From contig JAKAKI010000038.1 in NCBI GenBank assembly GCA_021813505.1, positions 651 through 64,650 on the forward strand: a DNA stretch of 64,000 nt. The letters run 5' to 3'. The DNA is from a bacterium (GTDB taxonomy: Bacteria; Zixibacteria; MSB-5A5; WJJR01). A model generated the notes under the pieces. The model was not told where the DNA came from and did no database searches. It saw only the letters and a program-made list of their open reading frames with translations. This document shows, one piece after another, positions 9,687-19,867 of the stretch (its first letter is position 1; each line of letters opens with the position of its first letter). Position numbers and translations under genes: made by a program.

Positions 9687-9783
9687 AGCGGAAGGGGTGG
9701 GAATCGAACCCACCGCGACCGACCCGAAGCCGACCGCCTACGGATTTGAAGTCCGCGCCGGCCACCAGACCGAATCCGCTTCC
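9687..9783 (-). tRNA. selC: tRNA-Sec (anticodon UCA)
   Basis: Minus-strand RNA GGAAGCGGATTCGGTCTGGTGGCCGGCGCGGACTTCAAATCCGTAGGCGGTCGGCTTCGGGTCGGTCGCGGTGGGTTCGATTCCCACCCCTTCCGC. Anticodon loop CU-UCA-AA; 6-bp D-stem with 4-nt D-loop; long variable arm; GGTTCGATTCC T-loop. 27 nt upstream of selA. Acceptor pairing could not be fully resolved by eye, so ends are +/- 3 nt. Confidence 0.75.
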
Positions 9784-9894
9784 GGGGGGAATATACAAAA
9801 AGGTTGAGGTCCCTGCCGCAAGTTTGGGGCGATCAGTTTGTCGGGAAATGGCGGCGCGTTGAAGTGCGGTGGCGGGATCGTTCCCGCAAGCACC

Positions 9895-9956
9895 GGTGGG
9901 CGGAGCCCACCCTACTACGAGTTTTGTGCGAGACAAGCAGGGTGGGCCGTGCCCAC
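9895..9956. repeat. two REP-like hairpins GGTGGGCGGAGCCCACCCTAC and GGGTGGGCCGTGCCCACC
   Basis: Same palindrome family as 1724-1743, 8284-8304, 63188-63252. Confidence 0.75.
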
Positions 9957-10015
9957 CTTTCTCCTCCATCGATCAGGGGCCCGCGGGTTTCTCAACACGC
10001 CCCGGAGTTCGTGGA

Positions 10016-10741
10016 TTAGATCGAGGCAACAGTCATCGTCATCGGGTCCTCGATCTCAATTGATTCGCGAATGACGAAGGCTTCGGCGTAGGGCTTGCGA
10101 ATGAGCTGGCCCATGCGGCGGGCATCGATCGTGATCAGCTCGAAGATATCGACGCCGGGCTGATAGATCGATGATGCGCCTTCCTTGGTTCCGAATTGGG
10201 AGGTGTAGGCGCGCACGGCGGCGAGCTTACGGTCCAGTTGTTTAGTGATTTCGACGACAATCGAGAATGGCGGCTGCCGGGAAAAGGCTGAGTAAAGAAT
10301 CTTGTGGGGCCGGTGTGGCTCGCCGGGCAAATCCAGTTTTTTGAGGCCGGCCATGAAGCAGGCATCGTAGGCAATCTCTCCGGCGACGCGGTGATCGGGG
10401 TGGCGCTGCTCACGATGAGGCAGGATTACCAAACGCGGGCGAAGGCGGCGAATCGCCTCGGCAACGGCCAAGCGATTGGGAAGCGTGTTCTCCAGCTTGG
10501 CATCGGGCATTCCGAGGTTTTCGCGATGGGTCAATCCCAGGACCTTTGCGGCAGCGGCGGCTTCGGCGGCGCGATCCTCGGCGGTGCCACGGGTGCCCAT
10601 CTCCCCTGCCGTCAAATCGACGATTCCGGTTTTGTATCCCAAGTCAGCCAGTTTGAGCAGAAGGCCGCCGCAGGTTATTTCGATATCGTCGCGGTGGGCG
10701 GCCAAGGCGAGAGCGTCGATGGTTGGTGAGGTTTGAGTCAT
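10016..10741 (-). CDS. bshB1: PIG-L/LmbE-family N-acetylglucosaminyl-malate deacetylase (bacillithiol biosynthesis BshB1)
   Basis: 241 aa; LmbE motifs (ALALAAHRDDIEITCGGLLLK, HPDH). Immediately downstream of bshA and bshC on the same strand. Confidence 0.75.
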   Translation of the reverse strand: MTQTSPTIDALALAAHRDDIEITCGGLLLKLADLGYKTGIVDLTAGEMGTRGTAEDRAAEAAAAAKVLGLTHRENLGMPDAKLENTLPNRLAVAEAIRRLRPRLVILPHREQRHPDHRVAGEIAYDACFMAGLKKLDLPGEPHRPHKILYSAFSRQPPFSIVVEITKQLDRKLAAVRAYTSQFGTKEGASSIYQPGVDIFELITIDARRMGQLIRKPYAEAFVIRESIEIEDPMTMTVASI

Positions 10742-10842
10742 TGATTCAGCCTTTGCTTGTGATAGTGAGTATGAATTGAGCCGTCAGTAAGAGCCCCGAA
10801 ACAGGCGTCAAGAGTCCCGAATGGCTCGTCGAAAGCCCCGAA

Positions 10843-11020
10843 GGGGCGCACTATCTCAGCCCAGGGCGAAGCCCTGGGTACCCGGTTCCAGATATGATCA
10901 AAGCCCTGAAAGGGCGTCCTACATCATGCCTAACAAGGTTGATTTGCGAGTTCATTAGGTCGCCCTTTCAGGGCTCTTTCTTTTCGACGTTTCTGACCCA
11001 GGCCTTCGGCCTGGGCTGAG
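10843..11020. repeat. cluster of GC-rich hairpins (GCCCCGAAGGGGC; CCCAGGGCGAAGCCCTGGG; AAAGCCCTGAAAGGGCG...CGCCCTTTCAGGGCT; CCCAGGCCTTCGGCCTGGG)
   Basis: Direct inspection. Shares the CCCTGAAAGGGCG inverted pair and the CCCAGGC-TTCG-GCCTGGG hairpin with 4209-4287. Confidence 0.7.
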
Positions 11021-11091
11021 TTATTGTGCCCTTTGAGGGCAAAACACTAGGTGCGCTCTCCTCAGGGTCCTTCCTGAAGCGGGCGGCCTTC

Positions 11092-12237
11092 TCAGGCTCG
11101 CTCCTGGAGCAACCGGTAATACACATCCTCATACAAGGGCACGACGGCATCGGCGGTGAAATTGTCCTGGACGGATTTCAGGCCGTTCTCGCGGAGGCGT
11201 CCGGACAATTCGGGATTGGTCAGGATTTGGAAGAGCCGTTCACCGCCGGCTTCGTACTCGTCTGGACCGACTAGGAAGCCGGTCTTGCCATCCTGGATCA
11301 GTTCGGGAACACCGCCGACTTTGGAGGCGACCACCGGCACGCCGCAAGCCATGGCCTCGAGCGCCGCCAACCCGAAGGCTTCGTAGTGCGATGGCAGAAG
11401 AAACGCATCGGCGGCGCACAGGATCTCGTCGACATCCTCGCGATTGCCGAGAAACTTTACATCGGCGGCCACATCGAGCGACTTGGCGAGCGAAAACGCC
11501 TCGGCGGTTTGCGGTCCATCGCCGATCAACAGGAGTTTCGCAGGGAGCCGCTGCCGGAGTCGGGCGAACATGTGAATCACCCCGGGGATATTCTTTACGG
11601 CGCGGAAATTCGAAAGGTGCGCCACGACCTTCTCCCCTTCCGGAGCATACTTATGGCGGCATTGACCGGCTGGTCGTGCATGGAATCGGTCTGTATCAAC
11701 GAAATTACGGATCACTTCGATCGGACGGGATGTCCCGAACACACTGATTGTCTTATTGCGCAGATACTCGGATACGGCGGTCACGCCGTCGACGGCATCG
11801 ATTGAGAACCGGGTGATCTCGTAAAACGAACGGTCGGAGCCGACCAGCGTGATGTCGGTTCCGTGAAGTGTGCACAGTGTCTTCGGGGCATTCTCTCGCA
11901 TCGATTGGCGCGCGAGATAGGCGGAGATGGCGAATGGGAGCGCGTAATGGACGTGCAAAATGTCCAACCCGAATTGCTGTGACACCTCGATCATCTTCGA
12001 TGCCAAGGACAGGGTGTATGGCGGATACTTGAAGAGTGGGTAATCGGGCGTCTCGACTTCGTGGAAATACAACTCTGTCTTGAATCGATCCAGCCGGTAT
12101 GGCAACGCGTGACTGATGAAGTGGACCTCGTGGCCGCGCATCGCCAGCTTGGCACCGAGTTCGGTGGCGAGAATTCCCGATCCCCCGGGGACGGGGTAGC
12201 AGGTGATCGCGATACGCAGGGGGCGGCGGGTCATCAT
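11092..12237 (-). CDS. bshA: GT4 glycosyltransferase N-acetyl-alpha-D-glucosaminyl L-malate synthase (BshA)
   Basis: 381 aa. N-terminus LRIAITCYPVPGGSGILATELGAKLAMRGHEVHFIS and core TLHGTDITLVG...EAFGLAALEAMACGVPVVASKVGGVPE closely match characterised BshA. Confidence 0.85.
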   Translation of the reverse strand: MMTRRPLRIAITCYPVPGGSGILATELGAKLAMRGHEVHFISHALPYRLDRFKTELYFHEVETPDYPLFKYPPYTLSLASKMIEVSQQFGLDILHVHYALPFAISAYLARQSMRENAPKTLCTLHGTDITLVGSDRSFYEITRFSIDAVDGVTAVSEYLRNKTISVFGTSRPIEVIRNFVDTDRFHARPAGQCRHKYAPEGEKVVAHLSNFRAVKNIPGVIHMFARLRQRLPAKLLLIGDGPQTAEAFSLAKSLDVAADVKFLGNREDVDEILCAADAFLLPSHYEAFGLAALEAMACGVPVVASKVGGVPELIQDGKTGFLVGPDEYEAGGERLFQILTNPELSGRLRENGLKSVQDNFTADAVVPLYEDVYYRLLQERA

Positions 12238-12388
12238 TCCGAGGTCATTCCCGAAAGTCGTGAGAGCTGACGGGAGGGGAAGGCTCCCGCCGAGCCATTT
12301 TCCCGCGCGGTGAAGAGGATCGGCAGGAGCCTCGCCATCCCTCGAAACGCGGTCGGCAATTCAATGCAGCTCAGGGTAGTCGATTTCG

Positions 12389-14020
12389 TCATGGTTCGAT
12401 GATCTGGTGATCGGGGGTGCCGATCTTGAGTTGGTCACGGGCACGACCGATGAAATCGAATCCGTATTTGTTTAGATAGTAGGGAATTCCGAAAACGCGC
12501 TCCTGCGGCTTGCCTTCGGGATACAGGTGCGACGCCAGCTTGTAGAACTTGGCGCGGATCTCGTCGCCTTTGCGCTTGTGGGCTTGAAAGACCTTCTTCT
12601 CGAGGTTATCCCAGGCCATGGCAATTCGTCCGGAGGATTGCTCGAAGGTCATCTCCAGCGTGGGTTCGAAACCGATGACCTCGGCTTTGAGCCGCGCGAG
12701 GCGTTCTTCCCAGTCGGCGCGGCTTTCCTGGAATTGCTGCTCCAGCGTCATCGGAAACGAGCGTTCGAAGTGGCGGTTGATCACCGCTTCGATATCGCCG
12801 AAGAATTCGGAGACCTCATGGCCGAGCGCCTCGACGGCATTGCGATTCTTGCGTTCGACAATGGTCGCTGAGGATCGGGGGAGCACAATCGGCATTTGTA
12901 CGTCGAACCGATCAAAGAGCGCGCGCGACTGCGCCCAATAGGCGATCTCGGATGGACCGCAGACGGCGGTGATGACGGGAAAAAGATACGACTGGGCAAC
13001 CGGACGAAACAGCACGCCCGGAGAGAAGTCTGCAGGGCTTGCCTCCAGACGGCGGAGCCAGGCAACGCGTGAGAGCGGCTCTGGATTCGGCTCAATCGAA
13101 AGATGGCCATCGGCGGAGGACTTCAGCGCGTGACGGCCTTGTTCGGTTACAAACAGATGAGTGTGCAGTTTGGGATGCTCGACTTGTTGATGATAACCGG
13201 CTTCTTCGAGACGTTGATTGATCTCCGCAAGTGCGGAGGCGGTTTCATCACTGCCCGAAAGCTCCTGCGCAAAGAGCGGTTTCCAGCGCTGCTTGGCCGC
13301 CGGATCGGCGGGATTGAACATGACCATCCCGAACGGACCGAGCAATCGGGCCAGCCACCGGCCGAAGGCATCGACCATGTTTCGCCCCGGCGCGTAGTCC
13401 TGTTCGAGGGCGTCGAAAACCGATGCGGAGAATTCGGTCTCCAATTGCGCCGACCGCATCTCGGCGATGACCTTGCGGACAGAGTCACCTAAAAGGACCT
13501 GCGAGATCGGGGTTCGATCCGGCAGCCCATCGATGTCGATGCGCGGACAACGGACCTTGTTTTCCAGATCGGGGAAACCGGTCCAGCGGACCTCATCGAA
13601 ATCGTGGTCATCGGCCGCGATCCAGAAGATCGGGACGACAGGACGGTTCAGGGTGGTGCGAAGCCGCTGCGCCCAACCGAGCAGAGTGAGCGCTTTGTAG
13701 ACCGTGTAAAGCGGCCCTCCGAACAATCCAGCTTGCTGGCCGGTGAAGGCGGCCACGGCGCCGGGCTGTGCCAATTCCTCGGCCGCGTGAATCGCGGCAG
13801 ACGGCGCACCGAGCTTCTGGTTTTGCTCGACCAGAAGCTGAGTGATTCCCACGCGATCGGAGGCGGCGCAGTCCACGCGGCGGGCACAGGCCTCGAATGC
13901 CGCCGGTGTGGGGTGTGGCCAGGAAAAGAACCGTCCGGTGCGGTCGGGATCGTAGAGCGCGTCGAGATAGAGTCGTCGCCGACCGGGGATTTTTGAGGCT
14001 GGGATGGTGTGGGCGCTCAT
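12389..14020 (-). CDS. bshC: bacillithiol biosynthesis cysteine-adding enzyme BshC
   Basis: 543 aa, the size and N-terminal pattern of the BshC (YllA) family. Completes a bshC-bshA-bshB1 co-oriented cluster. Confidence 0.7.
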   Translation of the reverse strand: MSAHTIPASKIPGRRRLYLDALYDPDRTGRFFSWPHPTPAAFEACARRVDCAASDRVGITQLLVEQNQKLGAPSAAIHAAEELAQPGAVAAFTGQQAGLFGGPLYTVYKALTLLGWAQRLRTTLNRPVVPIFWIAADDHDFDEVRWTGFPDLENKVRCPRIDIDGLPDRTPISQVLLGDSVRKVIAEMRSAQLETEFSASVFDALEQDYAPGRNMVDAFGRWLARLLGPFGMVMFNPADPAAKQRWKPLFAQELSGSDETASALAEINQRLEEAGYHQQVEHPKLHTHLFVTEQGRHALKSSADGHLSIEPNPEPLSRVAWLRRLEASPADFSPGVLFRPVAQSYLFPVITAVCGPSEIAYWAQSRALFDRFDVQMPIVLPRSSATIVERKNRNAVEALGHEVSEFFGDIEAVINRHFERSFPMTLEQQFQESRADWEERLARLKAEVIGFEPTLEMTFEQSSGRIAMAWDNLEKKVFQAHKRKGDEIRAKFYKLASHLYPEGKPQERVFGIPYYLNKYGFDFIGRARDQLKIGTPDHQIIEP

Positions 14021-14281
14021 ATGGGCCTGCAGTGTGCCGGTAAAGCGAATGCAGTATCAATTTACGTACAATCCGGCTGGGACGATGAGGATTTCTCGCG
14101 GGCGGGAGGCGACTGTGAACGAGTGAGTCGCGCCGCGCCCTCACCCCCGACCCCTCTCTCCCGGAGGGAGAGGGGAGATTCCTGCCGCGAACACAAACGC
14201 CTGACCGCACGGCATTCGGCCCCCCTTCCTCTGGGAGAGGGCTGCGGTGAGGGCGCCTCCGCGTGCCAGAGTCTAATCAGG

Positions 14282-17200
14282 CTACGCCGTCTTCTTGCGA
14301 CGAAGCACCTTTGACGTCAGGTCATCAAGCAGCGTGTAGACGACCGGCACCACAATCAATGTGAGCATTGTCGAAGAGATCAGGCCGCCGATGACCGCGC
14401 GGGCCATGGGGGCGCGAAGTTCGGCGCCGGGGCCGATAGCCAACGCCAGTGGCAGCATGCCGAAGATCATGGCCAGCGTGGTCATCAGAATCGGGCGCAG
14501 GCGGATCGGGCCGGCGGCGAGGATCGCTTCCGTGCGGCTCTCCCCCCGTTCCCGGGCCTGCCGGATGAAATCGACCAGAAGAATCGCGTTCTTGGTTACC
14601 AGACCCATGAGAAGCACCACGCCGATGAATGACATGATCGACAGTGCGCTGCCGAAGAAGAAGAGTCCGAAGAGCGCCCCGACCAAGGCCATGGGCAGCG
14701 AGAGCATAATGGCGAAGGGATCGCGGAAGCTCTCGTATTGCGAAGCCAGAACGAAGTAGATGAAGATGATCCCCAGGAACAGCGCGACGAGAATGTAGCC
14801 AAACGATTCCTGCTGAATCTCGGCCTCACCGGTGGCGGTGATACTGTAGCCGGGCGGTGTCGGGATATTCTGGGTTTTTTTGAACGCAGCGTCACGCACG
14901 TCGCCGGCGAACGCGCCGGAGGCGATATTGCCGGAGATGAGGACCTCGCGCCGCTTGTCGTAGCGCCGAATCTCGGTGGGGCCACCGCGCTGATCAAGGC
15001 GGGCGACTTCTTTGAGCGGCACGAAGAAGTGCTCGCGGCCCGGGATATCGCGGCTGCTGCGGATATTCAGATTCTCGATCGCCCAGGCGCTGGATCGATC
15101 CTCCGCGGCGAGGCGCAGGCGAACCTTATACTCCTCGTCACCCTCTTTGTAGGTCGTGGCGTCATCGCCATCGACCAGAATGCGGAGGCTGGACGCGATC
15201 TGCGCCATGGAGAGACCGAGTTCGCTGGCACGATCACGGTCAACAACGATCTGGGCCTCAGGACGCGCGCCAACCAGGGAATTGCGCACATCACGGGCGC
15301 CGGGTACGGTACGTGTAGACTCCTCGACGGCCGCCGCCAGACGTCGCAACACTCTCAGGTCGTCACCCTGGATCGAGAGATTGATCGGTTTGTTGTGACC
15401 TCCCTCGGACGGTTCAGTCGCGAAGCTCAGATACAGGCCTGGGACGTTCTTCAAGTGATCCCGGATGGCGGTCAGCAAGGCGAACACACTTCGTTCGCGT
15501 TCGGTCTTCGGTGTCAGTTTGACGGTGATGGTGCCCTCGTTGACCTGCTGCTGACCGGAGCCGATGGCCGTGTAGATGCCGGTGACCTCGGGGAACTCGT
15601 GGATCTTCTGTTCGATTCCGCCAATGAGCCGTTCGGTTTCGAATAGGGTCGTCCCCGGTGCTGCCTCGAAGTCGACGAAGAACTGAGCCTCATCACGCAA
15701 CGGTATGAACTCGGTGCCAACGAACGGAATCAGCGCGAAGCTGGAAACAAACCCAAGGATGGCAATCAGCAACGTGGCGAGTCGATGGCGCAACGACCAT
15801 GACAGCGCACCCTTGTACAGATTCTTCAGCCACTCGAATCGCTTATAGAAAGCCAGTTCAAAGCGGTTCAGCCAGCGCGCCCCAAACCACTTTGTGCTAT
15901 GATGCTCCTCTTCTTCGGGACGGGACACCAAACGCGAGAACAGCATCGGTGTCAAAGTGAACGCAACGAATAACGAGACCATGACCGCCACGGTGACGGT
16001 GAGTCCGAACTCGAAGAAGAACCGGCCCACGATCCCACCCATGAATGCCACGGGCAGGAACACGGCCACGATGGTAAACGTCGTCGCCATGACCGCCAAG
16101 CCGATTTCTGCGGTCCCTTTGGCGGCAGCGGAGTGGGCATCGGCGCCTCCGTGATAATTCCTGTAGATGTTTTCGACCACGACGATGGCATCGTCGATGA
16201 GAAGTCCGACAGCGATCGACATGCCCAGCAGGCTCATGAAGTTGATCGTGAAGCCCAGAAGGTACATGAATGTGAATGTGGAGATAATCGACGTGGGAAT
16301 TGCGAGCGCCGAAATGAGTGTGGTGCGCCAGTTGTACAAGAACAGGAAGATGACCAGGACAGCGAGCGCACCGCCATAGTAGATATTGACCATGACGTCA
16401 TCAACCGCATCGCGGATGAAGGTCGAATTGTCGGAGGCGACTTCGATGGAGATGTCGCCCGGCAGTTCGGATTTCAGTTTGGCGATACGGTCCCGGATGT
16501 CATCAGCCACGCGCACAGTATTGGCGCCAGATTGGCGAACTATGTCGAGCGCCACTGCCTCAGCCCCGTTATAGCGGGAGAAGCTGCGCTGCTCCTTGAC
16601 ACCATCGGAGATGGTGGCCAGATCGGAAAGCCGCACTGGGGAGCCGAGCCGGTGGGCAACGACCAGATTGCCAAACTCCCGCCAGTTGGAGAACTTGCCC
16701 AAAGTCCGCAAGGTCAGCTCAGTGCTTCCCTGATCGATTCGTCCCGTAGGGAATTCGATATTCGCCATCTTGATGGCGCCTTGAACTTCCTGGACCGACA
16801 CGGCGAATGCATCGAGACGACGCGAATCAAGCGAGACTTGAATCTCGCGCTCGGCGCCGCCAACAACTTGGACCGCCCCCACGCCGGTGATGGATTCCAG
16901 GCGGCGTTTGATGATGTCCTTGGTCATCGTCGTGATTTCTTTGAGGGGACGATGGCCGGAAACCACGAGGGACATAATCGGTGCAGTGGCGGGGTCGAAG
17001 CGCTGGATGATCGGTTCCTTTGCGTCATCGGGGAGCTCGGCGAGAATGATCGATATCTTCTCGCGCACTTCGAGGGCTTTGTCGGCGGGCTTCTCCCCCA
17101 GCTCAAACTGGGCCACGACCTGGGAGAGCCCCTCGGTGGACGTCGAGGTCAGGTGTTTCAATCCAGAAATTGTATTGATTTGATCCTCGATCTTCTTGGT

Positions 17201-17388
17201 GATCTCCGATTCGACGGCCTCCGGTCCGGCGCCGGGGTAGGCAGTTAGGACGACGATGAATGGGAAGTTGACGTCGGGGAACAAGTCGACAGACATCCGA
17301 GTGTAGGAGAAGACGCCCAGCACCATCAACGCCAGGATGATCATGACGGTGAAGACGGGGCGTTTGATCGCGGTATCGGCAAGTATCA
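14282..17388 (-). CDS. RND efflux transporter permease (AcrB/HAE1 family)
   Basis: 1035 aa from ATG at 17388 (MILADTAIKRPVFTVMIILALMVLGVF) with GGAG SD upstream. 12-TM RND topology and large periplasmic loops. Confidence 0.9.
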
Positions 17389-17414
17389 TTTCATGGTCCT
17401 CGATTGCGAGTTCA

Positions 17415-18446
17415 TTACTCGGCCACCGGATTAACCTTTGTGCCGTCCTGCAGGTTGTTCTGGCCGAGCGTGACAACCTGATCGCCGGCCTGCAACCCGG
17501 AGACGACTTCAACGAGCTTGCCGGACTCCACACCGGACGAGATCGCCTGGAAGTGGGCTACGGAGTCGCGGACCAGGTAGGTGCCGATGCCCGACTCGCG
17601 ATACACGAGAGCATCGCGCGGGATGCACACGACTTGATTGCGGCGCTCCAGTTCAATGGTGGCACCAACAAACATCCCCGGCAACAACTGATGGTCCAGA
17701 TTCGGCGCGAGAATTTCCACGGAGAGGGAGCGCGAGCCGGGATCGGCGGAGGATGAAATCTCATCGACCCACCCAGCGCCGACGAGTGTCGTATCCTGTT
17801 CTGAACGGATACGCACCTGCTGGCCCTTCGTGAGATCCTTGGATTCGTATACTGAAACATCAAGCAGGATGCGGACCGTATCGACGGCGGCGATCAAAGC
17901 CATCGGCTCACCCATTCCGGCCTGACGTCCGACGCGGGCATAGACCTCGGTGACCACGCCGCTGATCGGCGCGGTCAGGACGGCGGCGTCGCGGGCAGCT
18001 TCGTAATTGGCGCGGGCAACTTCGAACGCGGTCTTGTGCGCGTCACGCTCGATTTCGCTGACGGCTCCCTGCTGCAACAGGCGGTCGAATTTCTCTGAGG
18101 TCTTCTTGGCATCCTCATAGACAGCGCGGGCCTGGCGCACCGATGAACCGGGGCCGTTTTCGTCGAAGGTGATCAAGGGAGCGTTGGCGCGGATCGTGCT
18201 CCCCTCTTTTGCGTGAATGGAAACAATGGTCTCCGGAATACGCGCGTAAACTTTTGCCTGGCGGATACCCTCGACGGTCCCTGTATACGATCTGGTCCGT
18301 TGCAGGTCAGCGCGCGCAGCGGTGGCGACAACGACTGGCACACGGTCGTCGCCGTTGACCTTGGCCTTTTCACTAGAGCATCCGGGAGTGAACAACAAAA
18401 GCGCGGCACCCAGGACAGTCAGGGATTGTATTCGATCAGATCTCAT
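17415..18446 (-). CDS. RND efflux membrane fusion (periplasmic adaptor) lipoprotein
   Basis: Lipobox LLLFTPGCSS. Biotinyl-like/beta-barrel MFP pattern (AVLTAPISGVVTEVYARVG). Confidence 0.85.
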   Translation of the reverse strand: MRSDRIQSLTVLGAALLLFTPGCSSEKAKVNGDDRVPVVVATAARADLQRTRSYTGTVEGIRQAKVYARIPETIVSIHAKEGSTIRANAPLITFDENGPGSSVRQARAVYEDAKKTSEKFDRLLQQGAVSEIERDAHKTAFEVARANYEAARDAAVLTAPISGVVTEVYARVGRQAGMGEPMALIAAVDTVRILLDVSVYESKDLTKGQQVRIRSEQDTTLVGAGWVDEISSSADPGSRSLSVEILAPNLDHQLLPGMFVGATIELERRNQVVCIPRDALVYRESGIGTYLVRDSVAHFQAISSGVESGKLVEVVSGLQAGDQVVTLGQNNLQDGTKVNPVAE

Positions 18447-18492
18447 TTGCCTTGCCACATCTGGCTCCTTCGCTATAACCTCAAAGAGAATC

Positions 18493-19851
18493 CTATTCCA
18501 TTCCGACTGAGCTCAACACCGGTTCGCCCATGGCCCGACGCCACTGCGCGCGTGCCACGAGACGGTCATGGCGGGCGGTCTGGGCATAGATGCGCGCGGT
18601 GGTCAACTCCAGCTGGGCATCAAGAACCTCAAGCTGGGTTCCAACCCCCGACTCATAGCGCACGTTGGCGACTTGCAGACCGCGTTCGGCCTGGGCGACC
18701 GTTTCCTTCTGTGCCTCGAGCCGCTGGGTCGCTTCATGGAAATAATTGCGCGCCTGCTCGACTTCGAGGGCGACTCCCTTGAGCAGCGCCTCGCGACGGT
18801 AACGCGCTTGCGAGAGGTCCACTTTGGCAAGACCGACATTACCCGAACGGCGGAAACCATCGAAAATCGGGTATGAAACCAGGACCATTCCGAGCCACGA
18901 CTTGGAAACTTCTCCGGGACGGTATTTGAACTGGTCGGTTTGCGTCTGCCAGTTAAACATCCCCTTCAATTTCAGACTGGGCCAATAGTCGGCTTGCGCC
19001 GACTGCACACCATTGCCGAGAATCTTGACCTCGTACTCCGAGGCACGGACGTCGGGACGATGCCGCCGCGCATCAGCCACCAGTTGCTCCAGCGAATTCG
19101 ACTCCCAACTGGACGAATCAGGTTCGGAGTCCTGCAGTTCGATCCCGGTTCCGGAGGGGATGCCTATAATCGTGCGCAAACGCGAATCCGCAAGCTCACG
19201 GTTGTTCTGCGCCGATATCAGCGGTGGACGAAGGTTCGAGAGACGGACTTGCGCGCGCAGGTGGTCGTATTCGGAGACCAGTCCCTGGGCGAACTTTTTA
19301 TCGACGACGGCGAAGTTCTCTTCGGCCAGCGATAGTGATTGCTGGGAGACATCCACCAGCCGGCGAGCCAGGAGGGCATCGAAAAACGCCTGGGCGACCT
19401 CTGTCTCCAGATCCAATCGTGCCTGTGAGACCATTTCGTTGGTCATGCCGTGGTAGCTGCGCGCGGCGGCCCAGGCGGCAAAAACGCGTCCACCCTCCCA
19501 GAGGGACTGTTCGACCGATACGCCCCAGCTCGCAGTATGCCGCGTGCCGAATTGCACGGTCATCGGCACGTCGTTGAAGATGATCCGGTTCACGGCCAGT
19601 TTGAAGTTCCGCGTGTAGGATCCGTCGAATCGGATGTCCGGGAGAATTCCGGACCGCGCCTGCTTGATCCGGGCATCGGCGCGATCCTGCTCCGCCTGGG
19701 TGATGCGATACCGCTCGTTGGTTTCCAGTCCGCGCTTGATGGCATCGGACAGGGTCAGTGGCTGCTGCGCCGAGGCCGCTGCGGCCATCAACAAACCGAA
19801 GGTGATTGGTAACACCCAACGCAGCATCTTTTGTGCAACTGTTTGTCTCAT
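18493..19851 (-). CDS. TolC-family outer membrane efflux protein
   Basis: Signal peptide MRQTVAQKMLRWVLPITFGLLMAAAASAQQ, then two OEP repeats (LSLADAIKRGLETNERYRI...). Confidence 0.85.
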   Translation of the reverse strand: MRQTVAQKMLRWVLPITFGLLMAAAASAQQPLTLSDAIKRGLETNERYRITQAEQDRADARIKQARSGILPDIRFDGSYTRNFKLAVNRIIFNDVPMTVQFGTRHTASWGVSVEQSLWEGGRVFAAWAAARSYHGMTNEMVSQARLDLETEVAQAFFDALLARRLVDVSQQSLSLAEENFAVVDKKFAQGLVSEYDHLRAQVRLSNLRPPLISAQNNRELADSRLRTIIGIPSGTGIELQDSEPDSSSWESNSLEQLVADARRHRPDVRASEYEVKILGNGVQSAQADYWPSLKLKGMFNWQTQTDQFKYRPGEVSKSWLGMVLVSYPIFDGFRRSGNVGLAKVDLSQARYRREALLKGVALEVEQARNYFHEATQRLEAQKETVAQAERGLQVANVRYESGVGTQLEVLDAQLELTTARIYAQTARHDRLVARAQWRRAMGEPVLSSVGME

Positions 19852-19867
19852 CCTGTATTTCCCGGCT

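Noticed and set aside
14738-17248. + strand ORFs 14738..15646 (302 aa) and 16133..17248 (371 aa)
   Set aside because: Antisense to the RND permease gene, with no domain signatures.
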